A model generated the notes under the pieces. It was not told the DNA's origin. It worked only from the letters and a program-made list of their open reading frames with translations, and made no database searches. 64,000 nucleotides of DNA from Octopus vulgaris (lineage: Eukaryota). The DNA is taken from NCBI GenBank assembly GCA_951406725.2, contig OX597830.1:42780001-42844000 (forward strand), read 5' to 3'. The first letter of the stretch is position 1, and each line of letters starts with the position of its first letter. This document shows, piece after piece, positions 1-12,959 of the stretch. Position numbers and translations under genes: made by a program.

Positions 1-675
1 GTTCATATAAGTTTAGAGTAAGAATATATATCATGGTTTAGAGTAAGAGCATATATCATGTAAGATGTAAACATCAATGAGAAAAATGGGAAAAAAGCAC
101 AACAAAAAACATAAAATAAAAATAAAAAAATACATTACTTTTTGAAATGAAATTCCTTCTGATATTTGTTTTTCACTATATTGCTGACGTACCATCATTT
201 GTGAGTTACTATTCTTCCCTCAGCCATCCATTTGTTCCACTCCAAATGAATGTTATCTTCAAAATATTTATCTAGTCAAGCACTTGAATGTTAATCCCCT
301 TGGAATTACTCCAGTTAATATAACATTTTGTTTTGTTAAACATGACCTGATGATATTAATTCTTAAGTAGGATCTGAACCTGTCCTCAACAAAACTTCTT
401 TACCCATTTGATGCCAACAATTTGAACACAGCACATCACCCAGTCCAGGAATCGAAACCACAATCTTACAATCGTGAGTCCAACACCCCTAACCACTAAA
501 CCACACATACACTTCCCAACCACATGGTTTTGGGTTCTGTTTCACTGCATGACACCTTGAGTAAGTGTTTTCTAGTGTAGCTCTGGACTGATTAAAGCCT
601 TGTGAGTAGTTTTGGTAGATGGAAACTGAAAGAAGCCTGTTAAGCCTGTATATGTACACCACCTTAAATACTTTT

Positions 676-725
<50 letters not shown>

Positions 726-3039
726 TATATATATATGCATGTATGTGTGTATGTATGTATGTGAGCAGATGTGAATATATAGGAATGTGCATGTTAGTTT
801 GGGTAACTGTGTAACTATTTTGTTGGTACTCATTGATCCATCCTCCTGAATTATTTTCAAATTTAGGTCCATGGAAGATGTCAGTTATTGTAGCACATTT
901 CTTCTTTGGCATCAACTTCTGAGAGACTTCATTATTCTTCCAGTGTTGTTTGGTGGGATAACAAATACAGTTTGAAGTAAAATAATATTTTCTTTTTTTG
1001 GCTGATTGAGCCAAGGTGATAAAATATATTAAAATGTAACATTTAAAACTGAAAATGGCGAAAGATGTACAACTACAATGGCAACAAAGAAACAATTTTT
1101 GCAATTGGCCAAAGTGGGTGGGTTAGTGGCACTACTAATTGGTTTTAATGCCTTGGAGTTAAATGGCTGAATGCTGTTTAAATACAGTTTACTTTGATAT
1201 TTTGTATTTTTCTGTATGGTATATGGTGTGGCTGTGTGGTAAGAAGTTTGCTTCTCAGCTACATGGTTCTGAGTTCAGTCCCACTGCATTGCACCATGGG
1301 CAAGTGTCTTCTAATATAGTCCCAGGCTGATCAAAGCCTTGTAAGTGGATTTGGCATGCAAAAAACTGAAAGAAGCCCATCATATATATATGCAAACTGC
1401 CATGCTTCACGGTTGTGAAACATGGGCTGTGACTGCAGAGGACAGCCCTGGGGTCGATGTAATTGACTTAATCCCTTTGTCTGTCCTTGTTTTCCAACCC
1501 TATGTTTAATCCCTGTGGGCAATAAAGAAATAAATACTGTGTTCTCCTGAGTTAGCAGTGCACATTACATCACTTATTAAGGTTATCTCTACAGATATCC
1601 TCTATAATTTCTATAGAATATCTGTAGAGATAATCTTAACAGCATGTACATATAATCCATTAGAACATCTTTATGAAAGTTATCAATATAAGCAACAGCA
1701 GTTGAGCATAGTTTTTGCTTGGGAGTCAGCCTATACATAACTGTAAAGTTAACAAGATTTTATAATAAGAATCTTAAGATTCATTCGTATACCAGATTCA
1801 CCTCCAAGCTATAGTTTACAATAATTACAAGTTATTGAGACAGAAACATGATCACAAGTTTATTAAGGAGTATAATTGATCAAATTGCCTCATGTATATG
1901 ATTGATAATTATTTTACCAGTCCAGTGTATGAAAAGTAAAGTTCATGTCAATAGGATTTTAACTCAGATCTTAAAAGGAAAAAACGTTCTAAATAATGTA
2001 AAGTACCTTTTCAGTCACTACACTACCTTAAGTACTTAAATAGTCCTTTTTACTATAGTCACAAGATCTGAAATGTTTTTTTGGTGGGGAGAGCGGAACA
2101 GTTGATTACATCAATTTTCTACTAAAATTCTCTGCTAAAATTCATAGTCAGAAAACTTCATAGTTATTATCATAAAACTCCATATTATAATACACACTTT
2201 TTTGTAACAAAACCTAAATTAAAATTAGGAATGTGTATATGTCATGGTATTATGTTTTAAAGTTTTTCTCCATCTAATTTTATTAAAGAAAACTACAATA
2301 ATGTACCTTTATTATTTGTTATTATTTATCAGTTTTTAAAACATTTATTCTTATTTTTTAGATTACTATTTTCTTTTTATACAACAATGTGTTTTATATA
2401 AAATGAAATATTAAAAAAAAATAATAAATTGGATTATACTTTATCATCTGCTGTTATAGCAATCGTGCAGCACTGCATGCTATACAAGGTATAATTTTCG
2501 AACAGTTTAGGTCCCAAAATAAAGATGTGTAATATGCAAGGAAACATATTATACAGGGAAAATTATGGTATACAGGAGTCTCAGCTTTATGGCTAAGGTC
2601 ATAATGTACTATATTAAGGTGGTAAGATAGTTGAAATGGTTTATACAGCAGACTAAATGCCTTCTGTTATTTGTTGACACTTAACATTCTCAATTCAAAT
2701 TTTGTCCAAAGATAACTTTGCCTTTTATTCCTTTAATGATTGTGTGATTAATAGAATACATATCAGCCCAGTAGTGAGCTCAATGCAGTTACAGATTATT
2801 TGTTGACACTTAACATTCTCAATTCAAATTTTGTCCAAAGATAACTTTGCCTTTTATTCCTTTAATGACTGTGGCCATGCTGGAGCATCAACTTGAAGAG
2901 TTGAATGAATCTATCCCAGCATTTATTCTTTTAAGCCCAGAACTTATTCTAAGGTCACTTTTGCTGAGTTGCTAAGATACAGGAAATAAGCTAACACTGG
3001 TTGTCAAGAGGTGGTGGTGGACAAACACAAGGAAACACA

Positions 3040-4027
<988 letters not shown>

Positions 4028-6020
4028 TATATACGCACACACACACATTTACAATGGGCTTCTTTCAGTTTCCATCAACCAAATCCACTCATAAGGCTTT
4101 GGTCAATCCAACACTAAAGTAGACAACACTTACCCAAGGGTTAAATGAATTAAGCATTGTGAATTTAATGATGTCATAACCTTGATTGAACCAGGAACCA
4201 TCTGGTTAGAAAGCAAGCTGTTTACATCATAGTCACATCTGCTGATAAACAAGCACATTTCTATTTTCTTCAAGCCTAAAATTTATTCTGTTGTTTGACT
4301 TCTGAGAAATTATAGAAACTTATATAATGATAATGATGATTTAAAAATCAATATTAAGTTCAGCAGGTACTATTAATTTACAGCTTCACAATTGTAAAGA
4401 ACAATTTTGTATAATTGTTTTTGATCAATCTCAGATGGTGTATCGTTACTATTTCTTATTTTTTATTTTATTGACTTTAGAGAAATCAAAGTCAAAAGTC
4501 AAGAAAGTATTCAATATCAAGAACAATATGTTTAGTCAGGCAATCTATCATTTCTGCCAACCTACTACCCTTCAAATTAAGATTAAATAAATTCAGCATT
4601 ATGCATCTAATGATGTCATAACCCTGACTTGATTAAAAGGGCAAATAAGTGAAAAGACTTAAAAACCCATAAAAAAATCAGCAGCAGATTTTATTAATGA
4701 AGCCTGTTTGTGTATTGAACTTGGTAACAGCCTGGTTTTTGTGAGTGTTGTCCAGTAAAGAGAACGATATTGAAACTTGCTGCTGGGCAACAGATCAAAC
4801 ACTTCTAGCAATTCCAGAGACCAGTTTCTAATGACTTACCTTTTCATTAGGGAAATAATTTTAAATAACAGGACCAGTGAATATTTCACAGAATTAATAG
4901 TAAATTAATTTCTGAAAACTATCCAGAAAACCTGAAAGCATGGCCAACGTTGTGTCTGCATCAAAAGATAGTTGCTCATCTGCTAATCATTGAAAAGTAA
5001 AAGAAACTGGAATACGGTGATTGCTTAATGCACTTTATATATATACTTTATATATTTTATGCACAATTTGATAGACTTAATACACAGCACTCATAAAATA
5101 AATATTCACTCCTAATTTTCCATTTTCCCCATAAACAAAAAAAAAAATTGTTATACATTTGTTACAACCTTTAGCTAAATTGCATATACCTGCCATGTAA
5201 ATAAACATGAATATTTCATGGAATTGCTTTCGCATGCATAAAGTGATAGGTGATTTAAAAAACTTAGCTCAATTTTAAAAAAAAACTTTTCACTATCACT
5301 CATGACGACGACGACAATGACAACGACAACGATGACCACCATCTTCACCACCACCACCACCACCACCACCACCACCATCTTCACCCCCTGCCCCACCACA
5401 ACCATCTTCAGTAGTTGGATGTGACCCAAAAACTCCTGACTGCAAAGCAAACTTCTTACTGTTCAGCCATTCTGCATGAATAATGTATCCAATGGTTAGT
5501 TGTTTGGATGCCTTTCCTGTTGTCAACCCTCACTGGCTTCCAAGCAAGGTATTATTTTCCCCATGGCTGGGCATATTTTGACAGATATTATAGACACATG
5601 ACATCACTTGTATAACTGTAATATGTATGTCATACAAGTGATGTCACCTGTACAACTATCATGTGATGTTAATGCAAGGAGATTCCGTCAAATCCACTCA
5701 GAGTCTTTGGTTGGTCCAAGAATGTAGTTGAAGACTATTATGTGGCTTAGAAGGGAACTTCTTAACCATGAAGCTATGTACAGAGAAAGTAAAACATGAA
5801 ATCTTACATGTGTTTTAGTGATTATGGCTAAATTATGAAATGCAGGTCAGGTAAGTTTTCCAGGTCTTCATTCACTTCATCAGAGATTCATACAGAATGT
5901 GTGATACTAGCCATTTTTCCTTTATAGAAGAAGAAGAAGAAAAACCTCTAGAATTATATATACTTACGTGCACATACCTATACACACACACACACAATTT
6001 ATATATATAAACATATATAT

Positions 6021-6594
6021 ATTTGTAGTTTGGGCTTTGATTGCTCTTTCTAGCATGTAAGATGTCCTGTCAAAGGTCACCTCTTTTATGTATAAATACT
6101 GAAATTACTTATACACTATTATATATGAAAATATGTTGCCTATTGACTTTATTACACATGCTAGCCACTGGTATGAAAATTTTACCAAATTTTCTACCCT
6201 TATTATTTTCCCAGTAAAATTTTCTGGTATGCAGTCTTAATTTTTTATTATTATTTGCTGCCGAATGTAACTGCACTTCCGCGGTGGATTTGAAAATAAT
6301 AATGTATAAATATGTAGCACATGTGCTTTCAGTGCTATTCGCTGCATAAATATGCATTAATTTTAGTGACCTCACTGATGAAGTACAGATGGTAAATTAT
6401 TTTATTTGCACATTGATACAGAAGCTCAAGTCTGAGGGTAACTACAAAAATATTTTTTATTTTCATTCCCTTTGAAATTTCTTTTATTTGTAGTTTGGGC
6501 TTTGACTGCCCTTTCTAGCATGTAGGGTGTCCTGGCAAAGGTCGCCTCTTTCATGTATAAATACTTAAAATTGTTTATACACTATTATATATGA
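6021..6594 (+). mobile_element. Penelope-like pLTR or retrozyme-like repeat with a degenerate hammerhead ribozyme
   Basis: Direct repeats of about 108 bp at 6021-6128 and 6486-6594, flanked by (TA)n. Between them is CCTCA-CTGATGA...GAAGCTCAAGTC-TGAGG (6370-6437). Confidence 0.65.
6370..6437 (+). ncRNA. Type I hammerhead ribozyme motif (degenerate, GAAA>GAAG)
   Basis: Stem I CCTCA/TGAGG, core CTGATGA at 6375-6381, GAAGC at 6421-6425, short stem III, and GTC cleavage triplet at 6430-6432. Confidence 0.6.
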
Positions 6595-6634
<40 letters not shown>

Positions 6635-7239
6635 TACTTTTTAATTTGAATTTTAACAAGGCAACCATCGATTTCATCCCAAGTGAAATCTCTCAACAAT
6701 TATCAAGCCTGTCACATGGGAACATTGGTACTTGTCTTCATCTTGGATGACAATACACAAAGCTACATGAGCCTGTGTGGGATCTTGGAATATAAATAAA
6801 TATACAGATCATAGGAGGTAACTTATAGAAGAATCACGGTTGTTGTCTCCCTTGCAACAGCACTGGTATCTTTGTAAAGGCCTGCATTCACCATGGATTG
6901 AATTCTTTATTTTAGGTGAGAACGTTTATACACATCCAAATTTATAAATATGAATATAAATATACACGCATGTATACATACACATCCATACAAAATATGT
7001 GCGCACACACTCACACACACACACATACATAGGCACACACATGCACTCACAGGTACACTCACACACATCAACACACAAACACGTATACGTATATACATAT
7101 ATAAACACATATATGCATATATATATATATATATATATATATACAAGTCCAGAACTGCAAATCCTATTGGATGATACAGCATTATTGTTAATTCTACATG
7201 AGATGTTATTAAGACTTATCTTTCTATCTGTTCTCAGGG

Positions 7240-7510
7240 TGCATGGCTCAGTGGTTAGGGTGTTGTGCTCACGATCACAAGATTTCTGTTCCCAGACCGG
7301 ATGGAACTTTGTGTTCTTGTGCAATACATTTCATCTCACATAGCTCTGCAATCACCTCAACATCTGACATGTGAGAGATCGTGCACATGTTCAGGTTTCA
7401 TTGATTTGATGGAGGAAGAGAACTAATGTACGGCACACACATTTGATCTCTACAAATAAATCATTTGTACAGATTGTTCGACAAAAGATTGCAGAACCAT
7501 CCATCTCGAA
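7240..7510 (+). mobile_element. tRNA-derived SINE (TGGCTCAGTGGTTAGGGTG family)
   Basis: A box TGGCTCAGTGG with a tRNA-like head. Related copies at about 18207-18480 (+), 440-510 (-), 41500-41850 (-), 35745-36050 and 44325-44600. Confidence 0.7.
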
Positions 7511-8269
7511 CTATGAGAGACTACCATCATATCGCATCATTATCTGTTCCACTAGATTCATTGATTTTATTACTTCATCTATAATTAATAGTAGTATACT
7601 ATTAACTAAATTAGTATTTGTTATTATTATTACTGTTCTGAAAAAGGTGGTGAGCGGATAGAATCATTAGCACGTTGGATGAAATGATTGTGGTACTTTG
7701 CCTGCTGCTACATTGTGAGTTCAAATTCTGCTTATGTCAACTTTGCCTTTCATCTTTTCAGGGTTAATAAATTAAGTACCAGTGAAACACTGGGGTCAAT
7801 GTAACTGACTAGTCCCCTCCCACAAAATTTCAGGCCTTGTGCCTTTAGTAGAAAGGTTTATTACTGTTTTAAGTAAGGTGGCAAGCTGGCAGAATTGTTA
7901 GCATGCTGGGCAAAATGCTTAGTATCAGTCTTTACATTCTGAGTTCAAATTCCAGTGAGGTCAGCTTTGCTTTTCATTCTTTAGGGGTCAATAAAATAAG
8001 TACCAGTTGTGCACTGGGGTTGATGAAATTAACTTATCCCCTCCCCTGACATTGCTGGCCATTCTGCCAAAACTTTCAGTCAATTTTACTGTACTGTGTA
8101 ACTTGATAGATTCCATAGAATGTATCAAATCACTCAGTCTATATTTAGGATCATTAATAACAGTTATGTTAATTATCATTGAAGTGTCATTATTATTGCA
8201 TAGTAGGGTAGGGTAGTGAGCTGGCAGAAATGTTAGCATGGTGGGTGAAATGCTTAGCATACTTCTGAT

Positions 8270-10960
8270 GACCCTGTCAACCATTTCAGTGCTTATGTTC
8301 CAGCCCTTTATTCCTCTCAAGGGCAAGTTTTTTTTATCAACTCTTTAGGAAAATACAGGTGATCCCAAATGGGGAACAGCTGGTGTTACTTGGTAACTTC
8401 AACATCAGAGTGGAAGCTGTTCATGACTCTTGGCCAGGGTATCTGGATTGGGATGGGGTTGACAACATGAACGAAAATGGGCAACAGCTGCTTGAGCTCT
8501 GCATACTCCATGGAGTATGTGTCACCAACACCTACTTCCAGACCAAAGCTCAATACAGGGCACTAGAAACCAGCTAGATTTCATAATCAAAAGATGCAAC
8601 CACCTAAAGAATGTCCTCCTGCCTCAGTCTTTTCAGAGTGCTGACTGCAACACAGACTACTCCCTTGTTTGCTGCAATCTCCAGCCAAAAATGATGCACT
8701 GTGCCAAGTCCCCAAGCATGCAGTGCATCAATACTACAGCAATCCAACAGCCAACTAAGACAGATGTATTCCTCAAGACACTGGAAAACACCCTCCTTGC
8801 TGACCCACCAGAAAGCAATGTTCAGCAGAGATGGGACTCTCTCAGAGATATCATCCATAGCACTGCTCTGAGGGCCTTTGGGAGGAGAAGGAAAATGACA
8901 CAAGACCGGTTTGAGGTAAGTGTGAAAGAGCTCAATACTTCCATGGAGAAGTGTGCTGCCCTGCTGATGCACGAACACCAACCCACAAAGACAATGCTGC
9001 AAGCATTGAGATCAGCAAGGAATAACATGCAAAAGACAGTAAGACAGTGTGCAAATGACAACTGGTTACAACTATATGTAGACATCCAACTGTCATTTGA
9101 CATGGGCAACATTTGTGGAATGTATGAAGGTATCAAGAAAGCCATCAGTCCAATCTAAAGCAAGATCACTTCACTCAAATCCAGAACAGGGATGTTATCA
9201 AGGGCAAAAGAGAGCAGCTGGAGAGACAGATGGAACATTTTCTGAACTCTACACCAAGAAAAATAACAACTTGGACACTGCTAGATACTGTAGAACACCT
9301 ACCTGTCATGGACCCATTGCCAACTGCTGAAGAACTGAGCAGAGCCATTGATGGCTTGCTGCCTGGAAAAGCACCGGGTTTGGATGGTATCCTACCAGAG
9401 ATCATCAGATGTGCAAAGAGAGTTCTACTTAGCCACTCGCTGAAGCTACTGTGTCAGTGCTGGGAGGAGGGATCAATGCCCCAAGACATGAGAGACTGAA
9501 ACAGTCACCCTATATAAGAACAAAGGAGACAAAAGCAATAATTACTGAGGCATTTTACTGTTTAGGGTATACCCTGAATTTCAGTGTGGTTTCAGATCAG
9601 AACGCACCACCATCAACATGATCTATCTTCAACATCTACATGAGAAATGTCAAGAGCAAAGGCAACCACTCTTTACCACCTTCATCAACCTCACAAGAGC
9701 TTTTGACCTAGTCTGTAGAGGTGGCCTGTTCAAAATCCTTGTCAAGATTGGCTGTCCTCCAAGACTCCTCAGGATTGTCCAATCATTTCACATAGACTTA
9801 AAAGACATTGTTCAATTTGATAGCTTTTCTTTGGAGGCATTCAACATACATAGCAGTGTGAAGTAATGCTGGGTGCTTTCTCCCATCCTTTTTGGCATCT
9901 TTTTTGCAGTTATGCTAAAACATGCATTTGGGACATTAGCTGATGGCGTTTACCTTTACACCAGATCAGACAGTAAACTGTTTAGTCTGTTGAGGTTGAA
10001 AGCAAAATTCAGGGCACATCAGGTACTTATTAGAGACATGCTGTTTGCAGATGATACAGCATGGACAGCACACGCTTAAAAATAAATGCAGCACCTTGTG
10101 ACTATCAGTCTGAAGAAGACTAAAGTTCTGGGCCAAAGTGCCAAGCATCCCACCACCATCACCATAAACAACTATAAGCTGGAGGTAGTCCATCAATTCA
10201 CCTATCTTGGTTCTACCATCGCTGATGACCTTCTCCCTGGACCATGAGATCAACAGGCAAATCGGACAAGCATCATCCACATTTTCCAGTCTCACAAAGA
10301 GAGTCTGGTAAAACAAAAAGCTGACTGTAAACACCAAGATTGCTGTTTATAATGCATGCTTTCTTAGTGTGCTACTTTACAGCAGTGAGACATGGAGACT
10401 CTACTTCCAGACAGGAGTGGTGTCTTAACATCTTTCTCCTTCGTAATTTGGGACACATCTTGGATATCAAATGGACTGACCACATTGCCAACACCAAAGT
10501 CTTCATACTCACCCTGCTCCAGTAGTGTCGTTTGTGCTGGCTCAGTTATATACATCGTATGCTGGATAGAAGGATCCCAAAAGACCTCCTGTATGGGGAA
10601 TTGACCACTGGCACAAGAGCACGAAGACGACTTCATCTTCGTTTCAAGGACGTCTGTAAGAGGGATATGAAGTCGCTTGATCTGGATGTCCTGAGATGGG
10701 AGGAAGTTGCAAATGATCAGCCCTCACTGGAGACAAATACTGCACAAGAGGATGAAGGGAGCAGAATAAAAACAGGAATTTGCCACCAAAGAGAAATGCA
10801 TTTGATTGAAGGAAAAGCCAGTAGCACTGGTAGAGAGCTCCTTCAAATGCAGTTGCTGCATGCATGACTGCCACTCCTGTGTGGGCCTGTACAGCAACAA
10901 CAGATGCTGCACCACCATCAGCAACTGACATAATTTCTTTGGGTGCAGATTCATTGCTTC
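8270..10960 (+). mobile_element. Degenerate, 5'-truncated RTE-clade LINE (APE endonuclease plus reverse transcriptase)
   Basis: Frameshifted pieces: LGNFNIRV...NENGQQLLELC and DFII...ADCNTDYSLV (APE); GKAPGLDGI, RAFDLV, LSPILFGIF and MLFADD (RT); RIPKDLLYGEL...LRFKDVCKRDMK plus a C-terminal Cys/His remnant. Many stops. Confidence 0.9.
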
Positions 10961-11424
10961 TCAAGACTAATACATGAATTGTATCATGTTATTTTAATCA
11001 ATCATCATTTTAATTTTAAAACAATAAAATCTAGGCTAATATCTAGGTAAATACGTACACTACAACTATGTCTGGCTGAATATTTAACATGTTGGCCGTG
11101 GTCCCACACGTTCTGCCAATGGGTTGTTGTGGTATGTTAGCGAGTCCCACCCAACCCACCAGCAGGTTGTTTTTTAAATTTCTTTCCTATGGGCTTTCTG
11201 AGAGCTGATATGCTCCGATTGATTTGATTTGTGCTTTTGGTACATTGAGAGCAATTTTTTATAGATTTTTCCTCTGATTTCATCATATAATAATACCACA
11301 GGCTGGTTGTCTGGTATCTACGTGATCCTTGCCTCACATATGGTATAGTGTAAAAATATTATGCAGCTTATGTCAAAACCAATTAAGATATTGTTCCTCC
11401 TTTTCCTCCCCTTCAAACCCCCTC

Positions 11425-11697
11425 CAAGGAGGGGGACTTCCTGGAGAAGTCTGAGGAAGGGGATGGGGACTTCCTGGAAAATTCCGAGGATCGGAAAGGG
11501 GAGGAAGGATTTTCTGGAACAGTCCAAGGAGGGTGGACTTCCAGGAAAATTCCGAGGAGGGGGGCTGAGTGGGTGAAGGGGAGGAAGGACTATCTGGAAA
11601 AGTTCAAGGATGGAGCTGAGGGGGAAGGACTTCCTGGAAAAGTCCAAGGAGGAGGAAGGACTTACTGGAAAAGTCCAAGGAGTGGGAACTTCCTCAG
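11425..11697. repeat. G/A-rich minisatellite, about 30-34 bp unit, about 8 copies
   Basis: Recurrent GGACTTCCTGGAAAAGTCCAAGGAGG-like units. Confidence 0.85.
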
Positions 11698-11870
11698 TCA
11701 TATCAACCCCAGTGTTCTCTCAGTACATATTTTATTGACACTGATAGGATGAAAGGCAAAGTCAGCCCCAGCAGCTTTTCAACTCAGAATGTAATCAGCT
11801 GGAAGAAATGCTAAGCATTTTTCTCTAGTGTGGTAACAAATCTGCCAGGTTGCCACTTTATATATGTATG

Positions 11871-11926
<56 letters not shown>

Positions 11927-12549
11927 TTAAAATGGAATTATATTAAAGTACATTTAAGAATAACAATGGAACATTTACTGATGTTGTGACTCTATATTGA
12001 AAGTAGAGTCAAATTTATTTCCAACCTAATTTTCTTTTAATGACAAAAGTATAAAAGCTAGTACATCCCTATCAAAATATGTATAGTTGCTGAAAGACTC
12101 AAACATATATTTTAACACTGTTGGGGAAGATTGCATCAAAGACCATATAAAAACAAGTAAAAGACAAGCTGTATATTGAAAAGTCTGAGATGCTGCTTTT
12201 TAAAAAAAAACCAATTATTAAATAGCAAGTCAGAACTAATCTGGTCCTGCAGGCATTACACTTATTGCAACATTTTAAATCCGTAGCTTATTCAAATGTG
12301 TAAAGCCCTATAACTGAATATAATTAGCTTCATCTTCTATGGCTTAAACTCTCAGGTTTAGTTGTATTGTATATGTTTAAGCAAATACAATACATAAGTA
12401 GCTGTTAATGATTTCCTGCTCTTCTCATGTGGGGGGGGGGGTTTGGATGGCAGTGAAGTGCATAACAGAGGGAACAGTACTGGAGGGTAGGTGGTAATGG
12501 AAAGGGCATAGGCAACAGTTGCATCAGGGATTTCAGTGTGTGCGTGTGT

Positions 12550-12550
12550 C

Positions 12551-12613
<63 letters not shown>

Positions 12614-12686
12614 AAGAGAGAAGGGAGAGAGAGGGAGAGAGAGAAAGAGAGAGGGAGAAAGAGGTAGAGAGAGAGAGAGAGAGAGA
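12550..12686. repeat. (GA)n-rich microsatellite
   Basis: Direct reading. A similar purine tract lies at 23714-23900. Confidence 0.95.
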
Positions 12687-12959
12687 CCCAAAGAAGTAAA
12701 GATGATTGGATAGGTTAAATCCACATTGTGAGGGTGAAAATGAATGGTTGGGACGAGTGAAAGAGATAGAGACAAGTATGACAATGAAGAAGTGATGAAT
12801 GTTGGAGTGTTGTGGAGGAGGGTGACAGGGTGTTGGGGAAGTAGAGAATTCATTGGGAAACAGTTAGTAGAGGAAAGAGAGGTAGGAGTGAGATAGACAT
12901 AGCTGAATGCAGTGAGTGTACATGGATGTGACCAGCATATCAAGCATTTTCGACATATT

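Noticed and set aside
440-510. Functional tRNA gene
   Set aside because: It has A/B boxes but is the head of a multicopy SINE, with no proper cloverleaf.
4840-4931. Minus-strand exon-like segment with strong donor AAG|GTAAGT
   Set aside because: Stops occur in all three frames and there are no linked exons. It could be non-coding but cannot be supported.
11425-11697. CRISPR-like spacing of repeats
   Set aside because: The context is eukaryotic, the units are degenerate tandem copies without unique spacers, and no cas genes are present.
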